A DNA stretch of 64,000 nucleotides from Bacteroidales bacterium (GTDB taxonomy: Bacteria > Bacteroidota > Bacteroidia > Bacteroidales > Bacteroidaceae), in contig SFKY01000004.1 of NCBI GenBank assembly GCA_004554665.1, positions 1,081 to 65,080 of the forward strand. Reading direction: 5' to 3'. The notes beneath the pieces are model-generated. The model searched no databases and was not told the origin of the DNA. It worked only from the letters and a program-made list of their open reading frames with translations. The number at the start of each line of letters is the position of its first letter. Position 1 is the stretch's first letter. Shown one piece after another: positions 19,037-28,364 of the stretch. The translations under genes were made by a program, and so were the position numbers.

Positions 19037-20197
19037 ATGAAGATATCCAAGTTATTTACACTGTCTGCCATGTCGTTGGCAGTGCTTGCATTGGCTTCCT
19101 GCAATAAAAAGTTTCAGGTAACAGGTACCATCAGCGATGCCAAAGACTCCATCCTGTATTTTGAGAACATGAGTCTCAACGGTCCGGTGACCGTCGACTC
19201 GGTGCAATTGGGCGAGGACGGCACCTTCGCTTTCGACGGTCAGGCTGCCGATGCGCCCGAGTTTTACCGTCTGCGCATAGCCGGCCAGATAGTCAACGTA
19301 TGCATCGACTCGACAGAAACCGTAACGGTCAAGGCATCGTATCCCACCATGTCGTCGCAGTATGAGGTGTCGGGTTCCGACAACTGTGCCAAGATCAAGG
19401 AGCTTGCCCTGCTGCAGCTCGCCCTGCAGAGCCAGATCAATGCGGTGGCCAACGATCCCACCACGGGAGTGGACAGCGTGAAGGTGGCTGTGGAGCGGTT
19501 GCTGGTCAACTATAAGGACAATGTGAAGCGCAACTATATCTTCAAGGAGCCCATGAAGGCGTATGCTTACTTCGCCCTCTTCCAGACTTTCACCTTGGGC
19601 AACATCCAGAGCCTCGTCTTCAATCCCCGTTCCAATGCTGACGACATCAAGGCCTATGCCGCCGTCGCTACCAGTTGGGATGCGAACTGGCCGGAGGCTG
19701 AGCGCGGTGTAAATCTGCACAATATCGCCCTGGAGGGAATGAAAGATATGCGTATCGTACGCAATGAGGCGCTGGCCAACCGTATCGACCCGAACAAGGT
19801 GAGCGTCACAGGACTGATAGACATCGCCTTGCAAGACAACAAGGGCGTGGTGCGCAAGTTGTCTGACCTCAAGGGCAAGGTGGTCTTCCTCGATTTCCAC
19901 CTCTTCGCCTCTGATCAGAGTATGAAGCGTATCATGATGCTCCGCGACCTGTACAACAAGTACCATGCACAGGGCTTGGAGATTTACCAGATTGCCGTTG
20001 ACCCCAACGAGCACTTCTGGAAAACACAGACCGCCGCACTGCCTTGGGTGAGCGTACGCGACGAGAGCGGCGCTTCGGCACGCTCTTACAACGTGCAGGG
20101 CATCCCCACATACTTTCTGATAGACCGCTCCAACTCGCTCTACAAGCGTGCCGAGCAAATCAAGGATGTAGAGGCAGAAATCAAGAGCCTGCTGTAA
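19037..20197 (+). CDS. Lipoprotein, DUF4369 + TlpA/AhpC-TSA thioredoxin-like domain
   Basis: Lipobox LALASC; LSDLKGKVVFLDF and YNVQGIPTYFLID; the CxxC motif is absent. Confidence 0.8.
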   Translation: MKISKLFTLSAMSLAVLALASCNKKFQVTGTISDAKDSILYFENMSLNGPVTVDSVQLGEDGTFAFDGQAADAPEFYRLRIAGQIVNVCIDSTETVTVKASYPTMSSQYEVSGSDNCAKIKELALLQLALQSQINAVANDPTTGVDSVKVAVERLLVNYKDNVKRNYIFKEPMKAYAYFALFQTFTLGNIQSLVFNPRSNADDIKAYAAVATSWDANWPEAERGVNLHNIALEGMKDMRIVRNEALANRIDPNKVSVTGLIDIALQDNKGVVRKLSDLKGKVVFLDFHLFASDQSMKRIMMLRDLYNKYHAQGLEIYQIAVDPNEHFWKTQTAALPWVSVRDESGASARSYNVQGIPTYFLIDRSNSLYKRAEQIKDVEAEIKSLL

Positions 20198-20220
20198 GAC
20201 ACAATCCATCACATTTTTGG

Positions 20221-20269
20221 CGGCGCTCATGCTGACATTTACACGTCGCAAATGTCAGCATGAGCGCCG
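20221..20269. terminator. Perfect 20-bp-arm hairpin
   Basis: CGGCGCTCATGCTGACATTT / AAATGTCAGCATGAGCGCCG. Confidence 0.7.
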
Positions 20270-20507
20270 TAATCGTGGAAAAAAGTTCCCAAGACAGGGT
20301 TGAAAGCCTTTTTGGAGAAAGAATAGGCCATTTGTAACACAATATTTATAAAAAATGTATTGTATTTCTATGGTTTTGTTGTATATTTGTCCTGTCCAAC
20401 GGCGCACTGTTGTAGTCAAAATTACTGCTGCCCTATGATAGAGGTGTTGTATGGACGGTATAAAGTTGTATTTAATGTTTCATCGAAAGGCTGCAGAATG
20501 TAAGATG

Positions 20508-21101
20508 ATGAAAAAATCAGCATTATTGTTATTATTCGGTCTGTTGTTGTGTTGCGGATGCAGCGATGATGATGGCGACTATAATACGGTCGTGACAATA
20601 CAGCCAGACCCGGTGATGGTACCATGTGGGTTGCCGGATGCGTTTATGAGGATGGAAACAGGATTTAAAGGTGTGGATCATACCGGTAAGGCTTTCTATT
20701 TCAGAGGTATCAGGGATTTTGATTACGAGGAGGGCTATGAATATGTGGTCAGCATCCATGTAACACCCGCCCAGGTGTTTGAATCAGGTGATATGATGTC
20801 CGAAACCTACACACTGAATAGGATTATCAGCAAGACTTATGTGGGTATCTCGGATGAAGGAACCTATGAGGTAACCTATAGGGCTACGCTCACCTGCGAA
20901 CAATACATCCCTTATTTGGATGTAGTAAATGTGGATACGGGAGAAAAAGATAGGTTCCTGTTAGGTGAAATAGATGGTTTTGATGCAGAAGCGCATACTT
21001 TTCCATGTACACTGCGTGTAAGAATCTATCCGAACATCAAGCTCACACAAAGTTTTACAGGGCATACTTGCCTGTATCGCCTTGTCAGCGTAGAAGAGTA
21101 A
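20508..21101 (+). CDS. Lipoprotein, DUF4377-like domain
   Basis: Lipobox CCGC; motif IRDFDYEEGYEYVV...YTLNRIISK; visibly lower GC than neighbours. Confidence 0.65.
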   Translation: MKKSALLLLFGLLLCCGCSDDDGDYNTVVTIQPDPVMVPCGLPDAFMRMETGFKGVDHTGKAFYFRGIRDFDYEEGYEYVVSIHVTPAQVFESGDMMSETYTLNRIISKTYVGISDEGTYEVTYRATLTCEQYIPYLDVVNVDTGEKDRFLLGEIDGFDAEAHTFPCTLRVRIYPNIKLTQSFTGHTCLYRLVSVEE

Positions 21102-21128
21102 GGGTAGAAATGTCGATAGGACATCGTA

Positions 21129-21178
21129 TATCCGCCCCCAAAAAGTCCCAAAGGATGTGGCTTTTTGGGGGCGGATAA
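21129..21178. terminator. Hairpin after the DUF4377-like gene
   Basis: TATCCGCCCCCAAAAAG...CTTTTTGGGGGCGGATA. Confidence 0.65.
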
Positions 21179-21257
21179 GTTATTTTATCAGAAATCGGGG
21201 GTGAGATTCGATATTTTTTTGTAATATTGCAAGAATAACAAATCATAGAATCATACC

Positions 21258-22694
21258 ATGTGTAAACGACTTGTATTGGCTGTCGCAGCCCTGTGTGTGG
21301 CGCTGGCAGCAGAGAGTAAGGTAAGATTGTCGCATCTTGTAGGCGACAATATGGTGTTGCAGCAAAATTCGGAAGCCCGCCTGTGGGGATGGGACGACCC
21401 CGGTAAGGAAATCAAGGTGACGGTGTCGTGGGCGAAGACTGTCTACAAGACCACCGCCGACAAGGACGGCAAGTGGCTCGTGGCAGTAGCCACGCCGGCA
21501 GCCAGTTACACCCCGCTCTCCATCACCTTCGACGATGGAGAGAAGACCACCATCGGCAATATCCTGTCGGGCGAGGTGTGGGTGTGTGCCGGACAGAGCA
21601 ATATGGAGATGCCGATGGCAGGTTATGACAACTGCCCCACGGAGGGCTATAATGCCGAGATGGTCAACGCACGCCAGTATCAGGGCATCCATTTCTGTAC
21701 CCTGCCCATGTCGAGGAGTGCGAAACCCAAGGATGATGCCAACTGCAAGTGGCGGGTGGTGGCTCCCAACACAATCGGGATGCTGTCGGCCGTGGGCTAT
21801 TTCTTCGCCCAGAATGTCAACCGTGCGCTCGACATCCCCGTGGGACTGATCGTGGCGGTCAAGGGAGGCTCGCGCGTGGAGGCATGGCTGGATTATGACA
21901 ATCTGAAGGCGCATACCGACGAGCCGCTGGACGAGCCCAGTATGAAGCAGCGATACGGCTACAACTGGAAATGGCCGTTGGTGTGGGGCAATGCCACGTT
22001 CCACCCCATCCTCAACTATACGGTCAAGGGCATCCTCTATTACCAAGGCTGCTCCAATGTGGAGATGGGTACGGAGCATTATGCTGAGCGACTCAAGCTG
22101 TTGGTAGAACAGTGGCGCCGCGACTTTGGTTTGGGCGAGATACCTTTCTATATTACCCAGATTACTCCTTTCATATATGCCGGCAATCGTAATGGCGACT
22201 TGCGTGGACGATTGATAGAGCAACAGATGAAAGCCTCGAAGACCATTCCCAATGCCGGAATCGTGTGTACCCAGGACTTGGTCTATTCGTGGGAGGGCTG
22301 GCAGATACACCCTGCACAGAAGAGACAGGTGGGCGAGCGACTGGCTTACCAAGCCCTGAACAAGCAGTACGGACTGACCAGCATCCAGTGCGAGAGTCCC
22401 GAATATGAGCGGCTCACCGTCTCCAACGACACTTGCTACATCCAGCTCCGCAATATGTACAAGGGATTCTCCCTCTTGTCCAATTGCGATCTCAAGGGCT
22501 TTGAGGTGGCAGGAGAAGACCGCGTATTCCACCCCGCCAAGGCGCGCGCCAAGGGCAAGAACATCGTATGGATGACATGCCCGGAGGTGAAAAAGCCTGT
22601 AGCCGTGAGGTATTGTTTCAGAAACTGGCAGACGGGCAATGTCTACAACACCGCCATGCTGCCCCTTTCGCCCTTCCGAACAGACGACTGGTAA
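21258..22694 (+). CDS. Sialate O-acetylesterase-like SGNH esterase
   Basis: DNMVLQQ, GEVWVCAGQSNME, YYQGCSN, IHPAQK, PFRTDDW. Confidence 0.88.
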   Translation: MCKRLVLAVAALCVALAAESKVRLSHLVGDNMVLQQNSEARLWGWDDPGKEIKVTVSWAKTVYKTTADKDGKWLVAVATPAASYTPLSITFDDGEKTTIGNILSGEVWVCAGQSNMEMPMAGYDNCPTEGYNAEMVNARQYQGIHFCTLPMSRSAKPKDDANCKWRVVAPNTIGMLSAVGYFFAQNVNRALDIPVGLIVAVKGGSRVEAWLDYDNLKAHTDEPLDEPSMKQRYGYNWKWPLVWGNATFHPILNYTVKGILYYQGCSNVEMGTEHYAERLKLLVEQWRRDFGLGEIPFYITQITPFIYAGNRNGDLRGRLIEQQMKASKTIPNAGIVCTQDLVYSWEGWQIHPAQKRQVGERLAYQALNKQYGLTSIQCESPEYERLTVSNDTCYIQLRNMYKGFSLLSNCDLKGFEVAGEDRVFHPAKARAKGKNIVWMTCPEVKKPVAVRYCFRNWQTGNVYNTAMLPLSPFRTDDW

Positions 22695-22705
22695 TATTTA
22701 CAACT

Positions 22706-23227
22706 ATGCATATACTCGAAAAATTCGGCTTCTGCCCCGTTTGCGGCAGTGCCCATTTCAAACCCGTGTCGGAGAAAAGCATGCTGTGCGAGAACTGTGG
22801 ATTCGAATACTTCGTCAATCCCAGTGCCGCCACGGTGGCCTTCATCCTCAACAGTAAGGGCGAGCTACTCGTGGAGCGTCGCAAGCGCGAGCCGGCGAAA
22901 GGTACGCTGGACCTGCCCGGCGGCTTTGCCGACATGGACGAGACGGCCGAGCAGGGCGTTGCCCGCGAGGTGCTGGAGGAGACCGGCCTGACAGTGACCC
23001 ACGTGCAGTATCTCTTCAGTCTGCCCAACAAGTACCGCTACAGCGGCATCGACATCCCCACGCTCGATATGTTTTTCTGCTGCGAGGTGAGCGATGTGTC
23101 CACGCTGCGCGCCGATGACGATGCGGCCGAGGTGCTGTGGGTACCCCTGCACGAGATTCATACCGAGCAGTTTGGGCTGCGCTCCATCCGTCAGGGACTT
23201 ATAGACTTTATCAAGCAGCATACATAA
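22706..23227 (+). CDS. NUDIX hydrolase with N-terminal zinc ribbon
   Basis: CPVCG...CENCG; Nudix box GGFADMDETAEQGVAREVLEETGL. Confidence 0.9.
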   Translation: MHILEKFGFCPVCGSAHFKPVSEKSMLCENCGFEYFVNPSAATVAFILNSKGELLVERRKREPAKGTLDLPGGFADMDETAEQGVAREVLEETGLTVTHVQYLFSLPNKYRYSGIDIPTLDMFFCCEVSDVSTLRADDDAAEVLWVPLHEIHTEQFGLRSIRQGLIDFIKQHT

Positions 23228-23246
23228 TACATTTTTATATATTGCC

Positions 23247-26200
23247 ATGAAAACTTCTATTAGACACTTTGCGGTGGCGGGACTGATGCTCTGTGCGTTG
23301 CCCACGCTGTCGCAACCGTCGGCATCTTTGCTCGATGGTTTTACCCAGCCTCCCCATGAGGCACGTCCCCGTGTGTGGTGGCACTGGATGAACGGCAACA
23401 TCTCGCGTGAAGGCATCTACAAGGACCTCACTTGGATGCACCGCGTGGGCATAGCAGGCTTCCATCTCTTCGATGCGGGTCTCTCTACGCCCCAGATTGT
23501 GCCGAAGCGCATCACGTATATGACTCCCGAGTGGAAAGACTGTTTCCGCTACGCCCTGCATCTGGCCGATTCGCTCGGCATGAGTGTCGCCATCCCCAGT
23601 TCGCCGGGGTGGAGCAACACCGGCGGGCCGTGGGTGAAGCCTGAGAATGCCATGAAAAAACTCACTTGGCGCACTCTTCGACTCAAGGGAGGACAGAAGA
23701 TCTGTGAACCGTTGCCCGACCTTTTCACCACCACGGGCATATTCCAGAATGTGGCCAAGGCCGACATCGACCGTTTTGTCTGTGCCAAGGATGTGGCGGT
23801 GGTGGCGGTGCGGTTGCCCGAGGCCGACAGAGACCTGCGCGACCTCCAGGCCACCGTGCAGGCCAGCAATGGCACGCCCACGGTGAAAATGCTGACCGAT
23901 GGCGACCTGAACCAGAGCGTGCGCATTGGCCCCGATACCGACGGGCGGCTCTATGTGCAATACCGTTTTGACCGTCCCCAGCAGATCAAGGCCCTCTCCA
24001 TAGCCGACGGGCGGTGGCGTAGTACGTGGAACAGTTGGAGTGCTCCCGTGCTCTACCATCTCGAGTCATCGGCAGACGGCACCCATTTTACCCGGGTGTG
24101 TGATATCCCACAGAGCGGAGCCCCCCAGCAGACCATCGACATACCACCTACCACCGCCCAGTATTTCAGAGTGGTGTGCGACGAGCCGGAGGCCGACAAG
24201 ACGGGCACCTTCTTCAACCTCTCGGAACTGGTGCTCTATACCACCGGCCGCATCCATTTTGCCGAAGAGCGGGCCGGTTTCACCTCGTTTGGTGACCTCG
24301 ACCTTTTCCCCATTCCCTCTGTGACCGACCTGCCTACAGTAGACGATGTAGTGGTACTTACCGACCATGTGGATGCCGATGGCCGGCTGCAGTGGGAAGC
24401 GCCGCCGGGCAATTGGATGGTCTATCGCTTTGGGTGGTCGCTTACGGGCAAGAAAAACGGACCGGCTTCTCCTGAGGCTACCGGACTGGAGGTCGACAAG
24501 ATGGATGCCGTCGCCGTGCGCGACTTCTTTGAGCATTATCTTGCCATGTATCACGATGCGTCGGGCGGAGCCATCGGCGACCACGGCGTGCGTTACCTCC
24601 TCATCGACAGTTATGAGGCCGGCAACCAGACGTGGACCCCCAGATTGCCCCGCGAGTTTGAACGCCGCCGCGGCTACAGCCTCTACCGGTGGTTGCCGGT
24701 GCTGGTGGGCCAGCCGATAGGCAGTGTAGCGCAGAGCGAGCAGTTCTTGTACGACTGGCGGCAAACCATCGGCGAGTTGTTGGAGGAAAACCTGTACGGT
24801 GTGGCGGCTGAGGTGGCTCGTGAACACAAGTTGGGCACCTACTTCGAGTCGCATGAGAACGGCCGGCAGCTCTTGGCCGACGGCATCGCCATCAAGTCCC
24901 GGGCAGACATTCCGATGGGCGCCATGTGGGCTGAGAAACGGGCCGACTTGAGCATGTATGAATGTGATATCCGTGAGACCGCCTCGACTGCCCATATCTA
25001 CGGCAAGCGTATGGTGGCCGGCGAGGCGTTTACTGCCGACGGACGCAAGGAGACTTGTTACACCTTCTATCCAGGCAACCTCAAACCCATCGCCGATTAT
25101 CTCATGGGCTGCGGCCTCAACCGCTTTGTCATCCACGAAAGTGCCCATCAGCCGGTGGATGGCAAGCGTCCGGGACTGGCGCTGGCCATCTACGGACAGT
25201 GGTTCAACCGCCATGAGACTTGGGCAGAGTATGCCAAGGTGTGGACAGACTATCTTGCCCGAAGCAGTTATATGCTCCAGCAGGGCGATTATGTCGCTGA
25301 TGTGGCCTATTATTATGGCGGCGACAACAGTGTCAACGGACGCTTTGGGCACAATCATCCCAAGGTACCGCGCCAGTACAGTTTCGACTATGTCAACCCC
25401 CAATCACTCATTCAGGAGTTCGGTTTCGACGGTACCCATCTCGTCACCCGGGCGGGAATGAAGTACCGCCTGTTGGTCATCGACCCTCAGGTGACCCATG
25501 TCACAGTGCCCGAGTTGCGCAAGCTGGCCCAACTGGCGCGTGCAGGTGCTCCCATCTGTGGCAATCGTCCCACCGTGCAGCCCAATCTGATGGGTGACGA
25601 TGCCGAGTGGCAGCGGTTGGTGGCCGATATATGGGATGCAGGCCGCCCCCATGTCATCACAGGCAAGACGGTGGCCGAGGCGCTCGACATGCTGGGCGTA
25701 GCGCCCGATTTCTGTTACAATCAGCAAGACAGCATCCGATGGATTCACCGCCGTACCGCCGATGCCGACATCTACTGGGTGGCCAATGCGCGCGACGAGG
25801 CGTTGCAGACCGCTTTCTCATTACGGGTGAGCGGCAAGCGCCCGGAACTCTGGAACGCTGAGGATGGTACCGTGAGACCGGTGGGCTATGCTATCGCCGA
25901 CGGTCGCACCACCGTGCATGTGGATATGAAACCCTACGATGCCTTCTTCCTGGTCTTCAGGGATGAGGCCACCGCTGCGTCATACACCCCGGCTGTGGAG
26001 CAAGAGCTGCCCGTGCTCACGCTCGATACAGACTGGACCGTGAGGTTCCAGGAAGGGATGGGAGCCCCCTCCGGAGCGGTGCCCATGCCTCGCCTCCAGT
26101 CGTACACAGAGATTGACGATGAGGCCATTCGCTATTTCTCGGGCACAGCCACTTATGAGAAGACGTTCTCCCTGCCCACCAAGATAGACAAGCGCAGCCG

Positions 26201-26504
26201 CTATGTGCTCGATTTGGGCGCGGTGGGCTGCATGGCCGAAGTGACCCTCAACGGACAGCAGCTCGGAACGTTGTGGAAGCAGCCCTATACCATCGACCTG
26301 ACCCCCGCATTGAGGAAAAAGAACAACCGCTTGCAGGTGAAAGTCGTCAATCTCTGGGTCAACCGCGTGATTGGCGACAAGCAGCCCGGCGTTAAGCAAA
26401 AGTACACGTGGGCTTCTTACAACGGAGCATTCCGCGCCACATCGCCTCTCCATCCATCGGGACTCATGGGACCTGTCCGGCTGGTGCAGGTCGCACCCCG
26501 GTAA
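23247..26504 (+). CDS. GH106 alpha-L-rhamnosidase family hydrolase
   Basis: RPRVWWHWMNGNIS, GWSNTGGPWV, GLEVDK, DSYEAG, AHIYGK, SGLMGPV. Confidence 0.88.
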   Translation: MKTSIRHFAVAGLMLCALPTLSQPSASLLDGFTQPPHEARPRVWWHWMNGNISREGIYKDLTWMHRVGIAGFHLFDAGLSTPQIVPKRITYMTPEWKDCFRYALHLADSLGMSVAIPSSPGWSNTGGPWVKPENAMKKLTWRTLRLKGGQKICEPLPDLFTTTGIFQNVAKADIDRFVCAKDVAVVAVRLPEADRDLRDLQATVQASNGTPTVKMLTDGDLNQSVRIGPDTDGRLYVQYRFDRPQQIKALSIADGRWRSTWNSWSAPVLYHLESSADGTHFTRVCDIPQSGAPQQTIDIPPTTAQYFRVVCDEPEADKTGTFFNLSELVLYTTGRIHFAEERAGFTSFGDLDLFPIPSVTDLPTVDDVVVLTDHVDADGRLQWEAPPGNWMVYRFGWSLTGKKNGPASPEATGLEVDKMDAVAVRDFFEHYLAMYHDASGGAIGDHGVRYLLIDSYEAGNQTWTPRLPREFERRRGYSLYRWLPVLVGQPIGSVAQSEQFLYDWRQTIGELLEENLYGVAAEVAREHKLGTYFESHENGRQLLADGIAIKSRADIPMGAMWAEKRADLSMYECDIRETASTAHIYGKRMVAGEAFTADGRKETCYTFYPGNLKPIADYLMGCGLNRFVIHESAHQPVDGKRPGLALAIYGQWFNRHETWAEYAKVWTDYLARSSYMLQQGDYVADVAYYYGGDNSVNGRFGHNHPKVPRQYSFDYVNPQSLIQEFGFDGTHLVTRAGMKYRLLVIDPQVTHVTVPELRKLAQLARAGAPICGNRPTVQPNLMGDDAEWQRLVADIWDAGRPHVITGKTVAEALDMLGVAPDFCYNQQDSIRWIHRRTADADIYWVANARDEALQTAFSLRVSGKRPELWNAEDGTVRPVGYAIADGRTTVHVDMKPYDAFFLVFRDEATAASYTPAVEQELPVLTLDTDWTVRFQEGMGAPSGAVPMPRLQSYTEIDDEAIRYFSGTATYEKTFSLPTKIDKRSRYVLDLGAVGCMAEVTLNGQQLGTLWKQPYTIDLTPALRKKNNRLQVKVVNLWVNRVIGDKQPGVKQKYTWASYNGAFRATSPLHPSGLMGPVRLVQVAPR

Positions 26505-26514
26505 GCACAAAAAT

Positions 26515-26551
26515 GTAACACCGTCCAAGGCCGCTGCCCGGACGGTGTTAC
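26515..26551. terminator. Hairpin between convergent genes
   Basis: GTAACACCGTCC / GGACGGTGTTAC. Confidence 0.65.
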
Positions 26552-26596
26552 CGTTTTAGATACCTATGGGTTAGGCTTTATAGCCTTCTTGTTGCC

Positions 26597-28267
26597 TTAT
26601 TTCTTCACAAACTTCATGCCCTCGCTGTTGCTGCCATTGTAGTTGGCCTGATAGATCAGGTCATAGACCGAGTTGCCGTGTACGATGCTGGCAGGGTCTG
26701 ATGAGGTAGCCTTGGCGATAGACAGTCCGCAGACATAGTACTTGCCTATCTTCTGACCGTCGGGGAGGAAGTTGTACTGCAGCGTGCGCATGTCGCCGCT
26801 CAGCTTGAACCAAATCCACGCATAACCCGTAGCGGAGAAGTCGAGCGGAGAGAAGTTGTAGCCGCCCCATGAGAGGCCGGAAGTGGTCTCAGGCAGGTAG
26901 ACAGCATACGGATTGGCTGTCTGGCCGGTGGGCTGAGGCTCTCTGGCATCTACCATGAAACCTACCTTTACCGTGTGGGCATCGTAGTCGATGGCCACGG
27001 TTCCGCTCATGATGGTATTGAAGTAAAGTCCCTTCACACCGATATTGTTGGTGTAGACTGAACCATCCTCATCGGTCAGCGTCTCAGCCTTCAGCGGAGC
27101 TCCGAAGTTCACCGTGGTCACGTTGGCTCCCTCGCTGCCGCCATAATACTTGTTGGGGTCGAAGCGTTTGGAGTACAAGTCCCACTCGCCCATGAAGTCT
27201 GCCGGACCAATCTGCGTGATGGTGTACTTGCGGCCGTTGTCGAGCGTCATGGTTCCCTTTCTTACACTGCCGGAGGTGTTGGCCTCGATGGTGATGGTGC
27301 CGTTGGCAAGCGCCATCCACTTCGGGCCGTCCACAAAGTTACCCAATACGTCGGTGATGGTATGCGCTGCATCGTCCATCCACAGGTCGTACTCTCTGGA
27401 GTCAAAGTCTACGGTAGATGTCACAGCGTTTTCCTGACCGGGCTGTATGGCCGAAGCGGTGAAAAGGCCTGAGAAAGCAGAATTGTCGATGGTCGCGCCT
27501 ACCGTCACGTCCTTGAATCCGGCGGTGCTGGGCCATACCAGCGCGTAGGCGGTGGCTGTCTTGGCTTGTGCGTCTACCGATGTGGGCGTAATCACAATGT
27601 CGCCAAACTCAGAGGCACCGGGCTCGCTGCTTGTTACGGCCTCGGCCAGTTCCACGCATGCCTTGTTGATGAGGCTGCTGCTGCCATCTTTCTGCTTCAG
27701 CGTAATCTTGGTATTGGTGAGCGAGGGAGCATCGGCATCGTCGGGGAACTGCACCGTGAGTTTGACGATAGCTGTCTTGTAAGCCAGTGTGACGTTGGCG
27801 CTTTCGCCCACGGGCGCTGAAGCCGCCAGACAGGTATGCTTGCGGATGAAGTCCTCGGTTCCGTCTTGCGAACTCAAGTCATCCACCACGGGCTTGTTGT
27901 CGTAGTTGATGCTGTTGGCAGGATTGTCCCAGTAGAGGAGCATGGTCGTGGCCGCATTGGGCACAGCGATGTTGCGGCCGCTGAAGGTTGCCGTGCCGCC
28001 GTCGGCTTTCTCGCACAGCAGGGTCTGCTGGCGCCCTACCTTTTGGCCGGCACTGTTCACGAAGTTGACGCGCAGGATATCGTTGGCCGCAAAGGTGCTG
28101 ACAGCGCCGAAACCTCTTTGCGAGGGCATGGCTGCCGTTACGGTCAGGTTTTTGTAGCTGGCATCCCGGTCAGAGAACTGTTTTACATCCTCAGCGCCGT
28201 CATCGCATGCGGCAAAGGCAAACAGTGCCACCAGAATGGAAGCGTATGACAATAGTTTCTTTTTCAT
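26597..28267 (-). CDS. Surface lipoprotein downstream of susD (fimbrillin-like N-terminus, BACON-like segment); putative glycan-binding protein
   Basis: Lipobox AFAAC followed by DD; W..ANGTITIEANTSGSVRKGT BACON-like motif; position in susC-susD operon. Confidence 0.55.
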   Translation of the reverse strand: MKKKLLSYASILVALFAFAACDDGAEDVKQFSDRDASYKNLTVTAAMPSQRGFGAVSTFAANDILRVNFVNSAGQKVGRQQTLLCEKADGGTATFSGRNIAVPNAATTMLLYWDNPANSINYDNKPVVDDLSSQDGTEDFIRKHTCLAASAPVGESANVTLAYKTAIVKLTVQFPDDADAPSLTNTKITLKQKDGSSSLINKACVELAEAVTSSEPGASEFGDIVITPTSVDAQAKTATAYALVWPSTAGFKDVTVGATIDNSAFSGLFTASAIQPGQENAVTSTVDFDSREYDLWMDDAAHTITDVLGNFVDGPKWMALANGTITIEANTSGSVRKGTMTLDNGRKYTITQIGPADFMGEWDLYSKRFDPNKYYGGSEGANVTTVNFGAPLKAETLTDEDGSVYTNNIGVKGLYFNTIMSGTVAIDYDAHTVKVGFMVDAREPQPTGQTANPYAVYLPETTSGLSWGGYNFSPLDFSATGYAWIWFKLSGDMRTLQYNFLPDGQKIGKYYVCGLSIAKATSSDPASIVHGNSVYDLIYQANYNGSNSEGMKFVKK

Positions 28268-28364
28268 GATGCTTTGTTTTTTGTTAGGTTTGTTTCCTTG
28301 TTGGCCGGGGCGGGCAGATGGTCTGTGACCTGCTGCCCGCTTTGGCCTACTTGTTCACTCTGGT

